In this document: positions 9,047 to 18,576 of the stretch, one piece after another | Position numbering within the stretch: the first letter of the stretch is position 1 | How the letters are laid out: each line of letters starts with the position of its first letter | Origin: an uncultured bacterium | GTDB lineage: Bacteria > Actinomycetota > Coriobacteriia > Coriobacteriales > Coriobacteriaceae | DNA length: 64,000 nt | Reading direction: 5' to 3' | Assembly (NCBI GenBank): GCA_905215825.1 | Contig: CAJMRO010000001.1 | Coordinates: 739-64,738, forward strand | Made by a program: the position numbers and the translations under genes | The notes under the pieces: generated by a model | What the model saw: only the letters and a program-made list of their open reading frames with translations | Database searches by the model: none | What the model was told of the DNA's origin: nothing

Positions 9047-10726
9047 CTAGTCGCGCGTCAGCTTACGGTGGATACGATGCGGCTGGGCCGCGTCCTCGCC
9101 CAGGCGCTCGATGCGGTTGGCCTGATAGGCCTCGAAGTTGCCCTCGAACCAATACCAGTTGCCCGGGTTCTCGTCGGTGCCTTCCCACGCCAGAATGTGC
9201 GTGGCGACGCGGTCCAGGAACATACGGTCATGGCTAATGACCACCGAGCAGCCCGGGAACTCGAGCAGCGCCGCTTCGAGCGAGGACAGCGTCTCGACGT
9301 CGAGGTCGTTCGTAGGCTCGTCGAGGAGCAGCAGGTTGCCGCCCTGCTTGAGCGTGAGCGCCAGGTTCAGACGGTTGCGCTCGCCACCGGAAAGTACGCC
9401 AGCGCGCTTCTGCTGGTCCTGGCCCTTAAAGCCAAAGCTCGCCACATAAGCGCGGCTCGGAACCTCGGTCTCGCCGACCATCATGTGGTCCAGGCCGTCC
9501 GAGACGACCTCCCATAGGTTCTTATCGGGGTCGATGCCGGAGCGGTTCTGGTCGACATAGGAGATCTTGACGGTCTCGCCCACCTCAAGCTCGCCCGAAG
9601 TCAGCGGCTCCAGACCCACAATCGTCTTGAACAACGTGGTCTTACCGACACCGTTGGGGCCGATGACGCCCACGATGCCGTTGCGCGGCAGGGTGAACGA
9701 AAGGTCATCGATGAGCACGCGGCCATCGAACTCCTTGTGCAGATGATGGGCCTCGAGCACCTTGTTGCCCAAACGCGGGCCCACAGGGATGCGGATGTCG
9801 GTCCAGTCGAGCTTCTGGCTTGCGCGGGCCTCGGCCTCCATCTCCTCGTAGCGAGCCAGACGGGCCTTGTTCTTGGCCTGACGGGCCTTGGGCGAGCTGC
9901 GCACCCACTCGAGCTCGGCCTCCATGCGCTTGGCGAGCTTGGCGTCGCGGTTGCCCTGTGCCTCGATACGGGCGGCCTTGGTCTCCAGATACGTGGAGTA
10001 GTTGCCCTTGTAGGGATAAAGGTGACCGCGGTCGACCTCGCAGATCCACTCGGCAACGTTATCCAGGAAGTAGCGATCGTGTGTGACGGCAAGCACCGCG
10101 CCCTGGTAGTTGTGCAGGAAGTGCTCGAGCCACAGGATCGACTCGGCGTCCAGGTGGTTCGTGGGCTCGTCGAGCAGCAGCAGGTCGGGAGCCTCGAGCA
10201 GCAGCTTGCACAGGGCCACGCGGCGGCGCTCGCCGCCGGAAAGCACGTTGACCGGCATGTCGGAATCGGGCAGCTGCAGGGCGTCCATGGCCTGGCCGAG
10301 CTTGGAATCGATATCCCAGCCGTCGGCGGCGTCGATCTCGTCCTGGAGCTTTCCCATCTCAGCCATGAGGGCGTCCATGTCGCAGTCCGGGTCGCACATC
10401 TCCTCGCCGATCTTATTGAAGCGATCGACCTTGGCGATCATATCGCCAAACGCCATGCGCACGTTCTCGATAACGGTCTTGTCGTCGTCGAGCGGCGGCT
10501 CCTGCTGCAGGATGCCCACGGTGTAGCCGGGGGTGAGCCTGGCATCGCCGTTGGAGACCTCCTCGATGCCGGCCATAATCTTGAGCAGGGTCGACTTGCC
10601 CATGCCGTTGGGGCCCACGACGCCGATCTTGGCACCGGGGTAGAAGCTCAGGGTCACGTCGTCAAGGATTACCTTGTCGCCATGGGCCTTACGAGCCCGA
10701 TACATCTGGTAGATAAACTCCGCCAT
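9047..10726 (-). CDS. ettA: Energy-dependent translational throttle protein (ABC-F)
   Basis: MAEFIYQM start, two ABC domains (GPNGMGKST, LSGGE, LDEPTNHLD; GPNGVGKT), ELEWVRSSPKARQAKNKAR linker. Confidence 0.95.
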   Translation of the reverse strand: MAEFIYQMYRARKAHGDKVILDDVTLSFYPGAKIGVVGPNGMGKSTLLKIMAGIEEVSNGDARLTPGYTVGILQQEPPLDDDKTVIENVRMAFGDMIAKVDRFNKIGEEMCDPDCDMDALMAEMGKLQDEIDAADGWDIDSKLGQAMDALQLPDSDMPVNVLSGGERRRVALCKLLLEAPDLLLLDEPTNHLDAESILWLEHFLHNYQGAVLAVTHDRYFLDNVAEWICEVDRGHLYPYKGNYSTYLETKAARIEAQGNRDAKLAKRMEAELEWVRSSPKARQAKNKARLARYEEMEAEARASQKLDWTDIRIPVGPRLGNKVLEAHHLHKEFDGRVLIDDLSFTLPRNGIVGVIGPNGVGKTTLFKTIVGLEPLTSGELEVGETVKISYVDQNRSGIDPDKNLWEVVSDGLDHMMVGETEVPSRAYVASFGFKGQDQQKRAGVLSGGERNRLNLALTLKQGGNLLLLDEPTNDLDVETLSSLEAALLEFPGCSVVISHDRMFLDRVATHILAWEGTDENPGNWYWFEGNFEAYQANRIERLGEDAAQPHRIHRKLTRD

Positions 10727-10911
10727 TTGCCTGTTTTATCCTTTCTACCTGCTGTTTCCCTATTCTTGTTTCGCCTAAGTGGAAACGAAATGGAAAAACC
10801 AGCTCTGAAACGTAACGAAAAAGGGGCATGGTTGCCCATACCCCCTAATACTACCTGGGAAAAGTTCCCCCGGAACATACTATGAACTGCGTACGCTAGT
10901 TTTCCGCAACC

Positions 10912-11616
10912 TTAGCGAGCGGCTCGCTGCGATTTGCGCCACAGCAGATACGAGTAGACGTAGACGGCTCCAACCGAACCAAACGCCAGAACCGCAATCA
11001 CCGCGGCGACGACTTCACTCGAAAGCACGCTGCCTGCCACGCCCATCACAATCAGGCCAAAGCCCAGCACCATAAAGCAGGCACCGCCAAAGCGCTGCGT
11101 ACGGCGCCAGTTCTCGGGATTGGCAAGCGCCCAAGGCGTCTTGATACCGAGCGTATAGTTCTGCTTCACACGCGGCAAGTAGTTGCCTACGCCGATGAAC
11201 AGCAAACCGACAACACCGGAAATCAGCACGTTGACCGAACCGACCGCCGGCACCACGCCCCAGACCGTAAGCTCTCCCAGCCAGCTTATGGCGCACATGA
11301 ACAATGTGAAGGCGATTACGAAGCCCTGATAGAACTTGCCCGAGGTTCGATATGCCTCACCTTTGGGATCGATGCGCGGCACCACGCAGAACATTGCGAG
11401 AAGCACCAGAGGCAGCACGCCGAGCGCGGAGGCCATCCAGCTGGGACCCCAACCGTCGACGGCGCCGTTCGCGCCCCAGTGCGTGGGAATCTGCCCAGGC
11501 AAGCTCGGCATCACCATGAGATGCGCTGCGACATTGGCGACGCACAGAGCGACCAGCGCAATCCACACGCGCGACGATACCCCCGTGGGGTGAATGCCCT
11601 TGTTTTCGTTATTCAT
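10912..11616 (-). CDS. SdpI/DUF1648 family membrane immunity protein
   Basis: LPGQIPTHWG..G.VDGWG, GNYLPRVKQNYTLGIKTPWAL..NWRRTQR. Confidence 0.88.
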   Translation of the reverse strand: MNNENKGIHPTGVSSRVWIALVALCVANVAAHLMVMPSLPGQIPTHWGANGAVDGWGPSWMASALGVLPLVLLAMFCVVPRIDPKGEAYRTSGKFYQGFVIAFTLFMCAISWLGELTVWGVVPAVGSVNVLISGVVGLLFIGVGNYLPRVKQNYTLGIKTPWALANPENWRRTQRFGGACFMVLGFGLIVMGVAGSVLSSEVVAAVIAVLAFGSVGAVYVYSYLLWRKSQRAAR

Positions 11617-11887
11617 CCTTATCACCTTCCGTGTTTGTAAAGCCCATAAACCAACCGATCAAGTCCTGCATGACGGTAGTGTTTAAGCTGTATACGATGT
11701 TTTGACCATGACGTTCGTCGGTTACCAACCCGGCGTTTTTGAGCGTCGCCAAGTGATGGCTCAGCGACGGCTTACTGATATCGAAATGCTCGGCAAGCTC
11801 CCCCGCCGTGCAATTGCCCTCGCGCAGCAACTCCAAAATGCGCCGTCGCGTTGGATCGGCAAGCGCCTTAAAACCCTCTCCCGGCAT
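11609..11887 (-). CDS. ArsR-family autorepressor (SdpR-like)
   Basis: FKALADPTRRRILELL..AGELAEHF.ISKPSLSHHL..GQNIVYSLNTTV; overlaps the sdpI-like start. Confidence 0.9.
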   Translation of the reverse strand: MPGEGFKALADPTRRRILELLREGNCTAGELAEHFDISKPSLSHHLATLKNAGLVTDERHGQNIVYSLNTTVMQDLIGWFMGFTNTEGDKDE

Positions 11888-11921
11888 AAGACCCCCTTTC
11901 ATCATCTCTCATGACGCGCAC

Positions 11922-11959
11922 ACTATACTCGATATTTAGATGTTTGTCTAACTATCTAA
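11922..11959 (-). promoter_or_regulatory. Promoter (TAGACA-17-TATAGT) and overlapping palindromic operator for the sdpR/sdpI-like operon
   Basis: Minus-strand -35 at 11945-11950, -10 at 11922-11927; TTAGA..TCTAA inverted/direct repeats over the -35. Confidence 0.55.
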
Positions 11960-11975
11960 TACAGGAACATCTATA

Positions 11976-11987
11976 GAACATTCGTTC
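11976..11987 (+). promoter_or_regulatory. LexA (SOS) box GAAC-ATTC-GTTC, upstream of -10 TACAAT (11997-12002)
   Basis: Perfect Gram-positive GAAC-N4-GTTC consensus overlapping the -35/spacer. Confidence 0.8.
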
Positions 11988-12053
11988 GTATTTAGCTACA
12001 ATGGAAGTTGAAGCAGATGGGCCAGCTCCCTCTACCCGAGAAGGAGATGGACT

Positions 12054-12140
12054 ATGAGTATTGACGATGTCCTGACGTTGTTATTGCTTGTAATCGCGGC
12101 TGTGGAGCTCGGCATCCACATTGGAGGTCGAATGAAATAG
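12054..12140 (+). CDS. Putative type I toxin, 28-aa hydrophobic peptide MSIDDVLTLLLLVIAAVELGIHIGGRMK
   Basis: AAGGAG RBS 12041-12046; single TM-like helix with basic C-end; 5'/3' UTR complementarity and convergent antisense promoter. Confidence 0.75.
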   Translation: MSIDDVLTLLLLVIAAVELGIHIGGRMK

Positions 12141-12225
12141 CCGCCCCCGCGTAATGCGAAGACGGCCACTTCTCACGCTACAAACGTGTTTGGGAGTTGG
12201 CCAACCCGCGGCAACGGGTGCCATC
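12133..12225 (-). ncRNA. Putative antisense antitoxin RNA (ends approximate)
   Basis: Minus-strand TTGAAA(12260-55)-17bp-TAAGAT(12237-32) promoter; terminator gccgtcttcgc-attac-gcgggggcggc-tattt that pairs fully (via G-U) only on the minus strand. Confidence 0.7.
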
Positions 12226-12341
12226 TGCTTCATCTTATGCGAATCACTGCCTCATTTCAACAAGCCCCTAGGGCTCAAATGGAATCGCGATAATACCTAT
12301 AATGACGATAGCTAAAACACGATTCGCTTCCCCATCGGAGG

Positions 12342-13145
12342 ATGTCTATGACCGAAACCACAGCCGCAACCCCCAACGAGACACGCGACACCAAGCTCGA
12401 GATCATCATGGGCCGCGAGGCACTCGACAAACTCGCCGCCGCCACGGTGCTGGTGCTCGGCTGCGGAGGTGTGGGCTCCAATTGCTGCGAGGCACTTGTC
12501 CGCGGCGGCATTGGTCATTTCGTCATTCTGGATAAGGACATCATCGCGCCCAGCAATATCAATCGCCAGGCCATCGCCTTTCAAAGCACCATCGGCAAGC
12601 GCAAGGTCGATGTTATGGAAGCCATGATCCACGACATCAATCCAGCCGCTACCGTCATCAAGCGCACCGAATACCTGTTGAGCGACAATATCGACGAATT
12701 TTTCGCGCGCGTTTTGGAGCAGACGGACGGCAAGCTCGACTACGTCGTCGACGCCATCGACACCATCTCGGCCAAGCTCACCATTGCCAAATATGCTCAG
12801 GACCACGACATTCGTTTGGTTAGCTCCATGGGCGGGGCCAACAAGCTCCATCCCGAGTGCCTCCGCTTTGCCGACATTTTCGATACGGTACGTGACCCCA
12901 TGAGCCGCATCATGCGCAAAGAATGCAAGAAGCGCGGAATCAAGAGTCTACATGTACTGTTTAGCTGCGAGGAATCGGTTAAGACACAGCCCCGCGACCC
13001 TTCCAATATCCACGAGCGCACCGAGCTCGGAACCGCCAGCTTTATGCCGCCCATCATGGGCCAGATGATTGCCGGCGAGGTTATCCGCCAGATCAGTGGC
13101 CGCGGCACCGAGCGCGTGCGCGCCGATGGCCAGCGCTTGGACTAG
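12342..13145 (+). CDS. tcdA: ThiF-family tRNA threonylcarbamoyladenosine dehydratase
   Basis: GCGGVGS, SNINRQ, VVDAID, SSMGGANK, GTASFMP. Confidence 0.85.
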   Translation: MSMTETTAATPNETRDTKLEIIMGREALDKLAAATVLVLGCGGVGSNCCEALVRGGIGHFVILDKDIIAPSNINRQAIAFQSTIGKRKVDVMEAMIHDINPAATVIKRTEYLLSDNIDEFFARVLEQTDGKLDYVVDAIDTISAKLTIAKYAQDHDIRLVSSMGGANKLHPECLRFADIFDTVRDPMSRIMRKECKKRGIKSLHVLFSCEESVKTQPRDPSNIHERTELGTASFMPPIMGQMIAGEVIRQISGRGTERVRADGQRLD

Positions 13146-13159
13146 CGGAGCGCGCCGAG

Positions 13160-13942
13160 ATGGAGCCCCGGTTATTTGATGCACACTGCCATCTTGATTT
13201 AATGGCTCACCCGGACGCCGTTGCCGATGAGGCAACGGCGCTGGGCTTGGGTCTATTTGATTGCGGCGTCGATCCACGCGACTTTTCGGCCGCAAACGAG
13301 CGCGCTCGTCGCCACCCGGGCATCATCGCCGGCGTTGGGCTTCACCCCTGGTGGCTCGCCGATGGCCACTGCGGTTTTGCCGAAGTCAATCTGCTTTGCG
13401 AAGTTGCTGCCCAAGAACGCTACATCGGCGAAGTCGGACTCGACTTTTCCGCGCGCTTTGCTGGAAGTGAGCCGCTACAAATACAGGCACTTAACCGGCT
13501 CTGCGATGCGCTCGTGCAGCATCCTCTTACCGGGCGCGTGATATCAATTCACGCCGTTCGTTCGGCAGGAGCCGTACTGGACGTCCTCGAATCGCATGGA
13601 CTACTCATCCCAAACCCCGACTCCCCCGCTATCATCTTCCACTGGTTTAGCGGCACTTCGGACGAACTCACCCGCGCGCGTAATGCGGGCTGCTATTTTT
13701 CCGTCAACGAACGCATGCTCGCGACCAAGCGCTGTCGCGAATACGCACGACAGATTCCACTCGACCGCCTACTGCTCGAGACCGATGCGCCGGCCGAGCC
13801 AAACACAGAAACAAGCACGCAGTCGCTCATCAGGTCGCTCACAAGGACCTCAGAACGCATCACCTCGCTCAAAAACTGCGACGCAAAGCGCATCGAGTCG
13901 ATAGTTTTAACAAATGCGCGCTCTGTTTTTGACCTTCGCTAA
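13160..13942 (+). CDS. TatD family deoxyribonuclease
   Basis: DAHCH, GLHPW, IGEVGLD, IHAVR, FHWFSG, LLETDAP. Confidence 0.9.
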   Translation: MEPRLFDAHCHLDLMAHPDAVADEATALGLGLFDCGVDPRDFSAANERARRHPGIIAGVGLHPWWLADGHCGFAEVNLLCEVAAQERYIGEVGLDFSARFAGSEPLQIQALNRLCDALVQHPLTGRVISIHAVRSAGAVLDVLESHGLLIPNPDSPAIIFHWFSGTSDELTRARNAGCYFSVNERMLATKRCREYARQIPLDRLLLETDAPAEPNTETSTQSLIRSLTRTSERITSLKNCDAKRIESIVLTNARSVFDLR

Positions 13943-13947
13943 CCCCT

Positions 13948-14180
13948 GGTGTGCAAAAAATGCCAAATATGAGTACTGCTACCGGAATGGATACATTTCT
14001 TTTAACTTTCCAACCGCCAGAATAATCCTCGATTGTCCGCTAATTAAAGCTTTTACAGTCATTCATCCTGCGTTTTCACAAATCTTAAACCCCTCCAGAC
14101 GCTCAAATCACGTCTGAAGGGGTTGATTTTGCTGCGACTAAATTAGTCACAGTACTCATATTTGGCATTTTTTGCACACC
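13948..14180. mobile_element. MITE-like element, 233 bp, perfect 31-bp terminal inverted repeats
   Basis: ggtgtgcaaaaaatgccaaatatgagtactg (13948-13978) and exact reverse complement (14150-14180) around AT-rich non-coding core. Confidence 0.65.
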
Positions 14181-14221
14181 GGGTCCCGAGGAGGCGCCTG
14201 CACCTCCCCGGGACCGCTCGG

Positions 14222-15085
14222 CTATTCGACGATTGGTGCTCCGTGGCCCCAAGAACCTTCCATGCCGCACACGGTCGAGGCAAACCCGGCAGCAAAGTCG
14301 AGCGCGCGCTCGATGGCCTCGGCGCCATCTTCACCACGCTTGGCGGAATCGAGATAGCACATCAAAAACGAGGTAAGGAACGAGTCGCCCGCCCCCATGG
14401 TGTCCTTCATGTCCGTTACCGGTTTAGCCAGCTGGCGGTAATAACGATCGCCGTCGTAAGCAATGCAGCCCTCGGCGCCCGCCGTAGCCGACACAAAACG
14501 CGGACCCAGGCCCTTCACCCATGCCAGACGCTCGCGAACCTCATCCTCACTCGCAGCATCCGCCGCACTAAAGAAAGCGAAATCGACGTAGGGCGCAATC
14601 TGCTCGTAGTACTCGTCGGTAGAGTCGTCCGAAAAGTCAAAAGAGACCGTGACGCCCGCAGCCTTCAACTTGGGCAGCTCGCGCTCGGTAAAGCAATAGT
14701 TGCCCGAATGAACCACATCGAACTGCTTCATGTACGAAAGGTCAAAGCGATCGAGGACATAGCGCGCATCGCCACGGATACCGCCCTCGTTGGAGCCAAG
14801 GAAGACACGGTCACCGTCAACGACGGTCACGCGAGCCGCTCCGTTCTCGCCAATCATCTGCTCGCACTTGTCAAGCTCGATACCCTCATCCTCGAGGCTT
14901 GCAATGACATGCTCGGCAGCGGCATCATTGCCAAAAATGCCCATGTATGCGGAGCGTGCGGCACCGCATTTCTTGGCATAAACGGCGAAGTTCACCGCAT
15001 TGCCGCCGGGATACATGGTGTGGATATGCTCGTAGCGATCGACGACGTTGTCGCCAAATCCGAGCGCGTTAACGTTAAATGCCAT
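14222..15085 (-). CDS. frlD: Fructoselysine 6-kinase (PfkB family)
   Basis: GDNVVDRY..YPGGNAVNFAVY, DGDRVF, DTMGAGDSF; next to frlB. Confidence 0.85.
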   Translation of the reverse strand: MAFNVNALGFGDNVVDRYEHIHTMYPGGNAVNFAVYAKKCGAARSAYMGIFGNDAAAEHVIASLEDEGIELDKCEQMIGENGAARVTVVDGDRVFLGSNEGGIRGDARYVLDRFDLSYMKQFDVVHSGNYCFTERELPKLKAAGVTVSFDFSDDSTDEYYEQIAPYVDFAFFSAADAASEDEVRERLAWVKGLGPRFVSATAGAEGCIAYDGDRYYRQLAKPVTDMKDTMGAGDSFLTSFLMCYLDSAKRGEDGAEAIERALDFAAGFASTVCGMEGSWGHGAPIVE

Positions 15086-15099
15086 GGCCTTTGCTCCTT

Positions 15100-16068
15100 C
15101 TAGTACTCGACAACACCCATATAGCGACGGAAATCGGGATCGTGATCAAACACCTTGCCGCGTGCAGCACGCAGCTCGCAGTTCATGGCGTAGAACAGCA
15201 CCGGGTCCAGATAGGCACGGACGCTCGCCGGCACGGCTTCCATACCGTACTCCTTGGCATCGAGCACCATCAGCGTATCGGTATGCGTCTTAAGGAACGC
15301 CAGGGCGCGCTCGTCCATAGCACGGCACTCGCTGGAGCCCATCTGCAGGAAGTAAAAAACGCCATCCTGAGTAGCCTCGAAGGGGCCATGGAAGTACTCG
15401 GCAGAGTGGATGTAGCTGCAGTGCTGCCACTGCATCTCCATAAGAGAGCAGATAGCGAAACCGTAGGTCTGGCTAAAGTTGGGACCGCTGCCCAGAATAT
15501 AGAAGAACTCGTGCTCCTGGCAAAGCTTGGCAAAACGATCGCCCAGCTCGGCATTTACCTTCTCACGTGCCGGGGGAAGAATCTTATCCATCTCGGCGAT
15601 ACCGGCATACATATCGGCAAGATCGGCGTAGCCCTCCTGCTGATCGAGCAGCTCGGCCGCAAGCGACAGCGAAATGCCAGCGGGGACCTCGGCCTGCGGC
15701 ACACCCTCGCCCCATGGGTAGACCCACGTGGTCCACTTGCCGGAGTCGATCTTGGATCCAGCGTTGTCGGTCTGGGCGATCACCGTAGCGCCGGCGGCAA
15801 GGGCAATCTCGCAGCCCTCGACGACCTCCGGGGTATTGCCACTGTGGCTGCAAGCGATGACCAGGGACTTCTCACCCAGACGACGCGGACGCATAATGTC
15901 GAATTCACGCGCGGTATAGATATACGAAGTGAAGGTGGTTGCCTCGCGCTGCAGAAGCTCATGAGCCGGGATCAAATCGATCATGGAGCCACCGCAAGCA
16001 ATCCAGTAGACGCTGTCGAACTTGCCCTTCTCGGCAATTGCCTCTTTGATCAGATCGCGTGCGTTCAT
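15100..16068 (-). CDS. frlB: Fructoselysine-6-phosphate deglycase (SIS domain)
   Basis: ACGGS, SHSGNTPE, CSLMEMQW..IHSAEYFHGPFE, RRYMG.VEY C-terminus. Confidence 0.88.
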   Translation of the reverse strand: MNARDLIKEAIAEKGKFDSVYWIACGGSMIDLIPAHELLQREATTFTSYIYTAREFDIMRPRRLGEKSLVIACSHSGNTPEVVEGCEIALAAGATVIAQTDNAGSKIDSGKWTTWVYPWGEGVPQAEVPAGISLSLAAELLDQQEGYADLADMYAGIAEMDKILPPAREKVNAELGDRFAKLCQEHEFFYILGSGPNFSQTYGFAICSLMEMQWQHCSYIHSAEYFHGPFEATQDGVFYFLQMGSSECRAMDERALAFLKTHTDTLMVLDAKEYGMEAVPASVRAYLDPVLFYAMNCELRAARGKVFDHDPDFRRYMGVVEY

Positions 16069-16130
16069 ATCCAGTTCCTTTCTTATTTGACCCGCAATCA
16101 ATGACGTTGGTTGCGTAGCCGATAGTTGTT

Positions 16131-16982
16131 TTAGTCAATCAGATATTTCTCGAATGCGGCCATGTTCTTGGCATCTGCCGCCGCCGGGTCATCGTAGTAA
16201 CGACCGTCCGTGATTTCCTGGCCCAGCATGCCGTCGAAACCATGGGCGTTGAGCGTGGCGACGAAGGCGTCCATATCGTGCTTGCCATCGCCCCACACCA
16301 GATGGCCATACGGGTCACCGTCGATAAAGTGCATCTCGTGAATTGCCCCATCACCAAAGGCGGCAAACCAGTCCTCGAGCGTCTCGCCTGCAACGCCCAT
16401 CGCGGTTGTATCAACCATGGGCTGTAAGTACGGGCTCGCGACCTCGTCAATCATGCGCTTCGCATCGGAAACCGTCGTCACAAGGTTGCTCTCCTCGGGA
16501 CGCAGACTTTCCATCGTAAGCACCAGACCGTGCTCGCCGGCATACTCCGCCAGAATGGACAAGTGCTCGCGGCTGCGCTTCCAGGCTTCCTCGCGGTCCT
16601 CGTCCCAGTCGCCCCAGCCCGAATTGACGGACATACGGTCGCACCCAAGTACCTCGGCAAGCTCAATGCCGTGCTTAAAGTACGCCAGGCTGCGCTGTTC
16701 ATGCAGCGGTTTGCGTGCGCAGTACTGCCAAGGATAGACAACATTCTCGGGGCACAGAGTACGATACCTAAGCCCACGGTCTGCAGCCTTTTTCGCCAGG
16801 ACCTCAGCCTCAAAGTAGCCCGTGTGGTCGAGCGTCACATGCGGCTCCGCACACCACAGCTCAATGGACTCAAAGCCCAAACGCTGCTGCACATCAAGGA
16901 AGTAATCGAGCGACCACATGATGTAGTGGATATTCATGCCCGCAATCTGCTCGCGGCGCAGCGTCGGTTTGGATTCAGACAT
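16131..16982 (-). CDS. frlC: TIM-barrel sugar epimerase, fructoselysine 3-epimerase-like
   Basis: IELW..EPH, CPE, MESLRPEESNLV, DT, HFIDG..GHL.WGDG; frl context. Confidence 0.7.
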   Translation of the reverse strand: MSESKPTLRREQIAGMNIHYIMWSLDYFLDVQQRLGFESIELWCAEPHVTLDHTGYFEAEVLAKKAADRGLRYRTLCPENVVYPWQYCARKPLHEQRSLAYFKHGIELAEVLGCDRMSVNSGWGDWDEDREEAWKRSREHLSILAEYAGEHGLVLTMESLRPEESNLVTTVSDAKRMIDEVASPYLQPMVDTTAMGVAGETLEDWFAAFGDGAIHEMHFIDGDPYGHLVWGDGKHDMDAFVATLNAHGFDGMLGQEITDGRYYDDPAAADAKNMAAFEKYLID

Positions 16983-16983
16983 C

Positions 16984-18576
16984 TTATGCCTCCTTATTTC
17001 GATCAAACACGATTTGTCCGTCCGACATCGTTATATCAACCGCAAGATCGCGTGCGTCGCGATAATCGAGGTCAAACACATCCCGATCGAGCACGCAGAT
17101 ATCGGCAAGCTTGCCGACCTCGAGCGTACCCAGCTCGTCTTCGCGCATCAGGTCGTACGCGCCCCCGGCAGTCCAAGCGCGCAAGAGCTCGACAAGCGTC
17201 AGCGCGTTGGCCTCATTCACGGGCAGCCCGTCGTCGAAGTATCCGCCGCACGCACTGTAGATTGACTCGCCCAGGCTCGGAATCAACAGCGGTAAATCCG
17301 TGCCACAGCACACTGTGCATCCGGCATCTTCCATGCCACGGCGATTCCAGCTGTGCAAAAGTCGCGTCTCGCCAATTTGTCGACGCATCATCGACAGGCA
17401 ATCCTCGCGCCGGTCCAGCGTCAGAATCTGCGGATAAACCTCGCAAATTCCACCCAACTTGCCAAACTCGACAAGATCGGTCGGATCAGAGTTCTCGAGA
17501 TCGGTAATCGCATGGCGACGAAGCATCCGTCCATGCTCGTCTCGAGGCAGCGAGGCATAGAGCGCCACGGTGCGGCGAACGGCGCCATCGCCCTGGCAAT
17601 GCAAGGAATATCGGAAGCCGTCAGCATCAATTGCACGCAGCTCGTTCTCAATCAGATCCCATTCGGGCTCCTCGACGACCGTCTTGCCGGCAGCGCCCGC
17701 ATCGGCCGAGTCCTCATAGGGGTCAATCATCTCGGCAAGCCCCGCCCATACGCCGCGATCGGTCATACGGTTGAAGCCAGAAAAACGAACGAACGGTCCC
17801 CGGAAGCGCTCTCGTGCCTCGCGAGCATATGGCAGATTTGCACCGGCACCCACCGGCTGCGACATCATAGAGACGCGAACCGTCAGCTCACCAGATTCCT
17901 CACGGCGAGCCATTTCGTCGGCAAAGCCGTAGTAGTCATCAAACGCCATCTCCTTGATGGCGGTAACGCCGCGCTCGTTAAGCATGCTCATGTAGTCCGA
18001 ATACCCGGCACGCACCTCGGGCAGCGCGAGGAAATCGCTCATCATGCGCCAGATCTTCTCGGCATAGCACGCCTGCGGTGTAAAGCCGTATCGCGCACTG
18101 GCGGCAGCATTGAGAACACAGGTCTCCGCGCCCGGTGTAAAGCAGACGACAGGGATATCGCCAAAACACTCGTCAAACACAGCTGCTGTGTTTGCGTTCT
18201 CGGCATCCGATGCCAACGTTTTGGGCAGGTTGTGGCCAAAAGCCGCCGCGCAATCCGGATGATCATCTTTCCATGCACGCAAGAGCGACACGGCCTCTTT
18301 GGCATCGGCGACGCCGGACAGATCAGACCCCAACGTCCGCAGCGCCCAACCCGTATAGAAGGTATGCACATCGATCAGGCCGGGCATGACGGTGCGGTCG
18401 CCCAGGTCAACCACCTCGTCCGCCTGGGTCAAATACGAAGCTACCTCACACTTGGTGCCAACCGCCTCAATTCGATTGCCACGGACCGCTACGAAACCTT
18501 CAAACGGCAGGTCCCCCGTACCGGTAAAGACGCTCTTAGACGTCAGGACCGTCAAACGATCAGACATCACAACCAC
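16984..18576 (-). CDS. Amidohydrolase (YtcJ-like/Amidohydro_3)
   Basis: DLGDRTVMPGLIDVH, HCQGD.AV, GTD.P, GTLEVGKLADICVLDRD. Confidence 0.85.
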   Translation of the reverse strand: MVVMSDRLTVLTSKSVFTGTGDLPFEGFVAVRGNRIEAVGTKCEVASYLTQADEVVDLGDRTVMPGLIDVHTFYTGWALRTLGSDLSGVADAKEAVSLLRAWKDDHPDCAAAFGHNLPKTLASDAENANTAAVFDECFGDIPVVCFTPGAETCVLNAAASARYGFTPQACYAEKIWRMMSDFLALPEVRAGYSDYMSMLNERGVTAIKEMAFDDYYGFADEMARREESGELTVRVSMMSQPVGAGANLPYAREARERFRGPFVRFSGFNRMTDRGVWAGLAEMIDPYEDSADAGAAGKTVVEEPEWDLIENELRAIDADGFRYSLHCQGDGAVRRTVALYASLPRDEHGRMLRRHAITDLENSDPTDLVEFGKLGGICEVYPQILTLDRREDCLSMMRRQIGETRLLHSWNRRGMEDAGCTVCCGTDLPLLIPSLGESIYSACGGYFDDGLPVNEANALTLVELLRAWTAGGAYDLMREDELGTLEVGKLADICVLDRDVFDLDYRDARDLAVDITMSDGQIVFDRNKEA

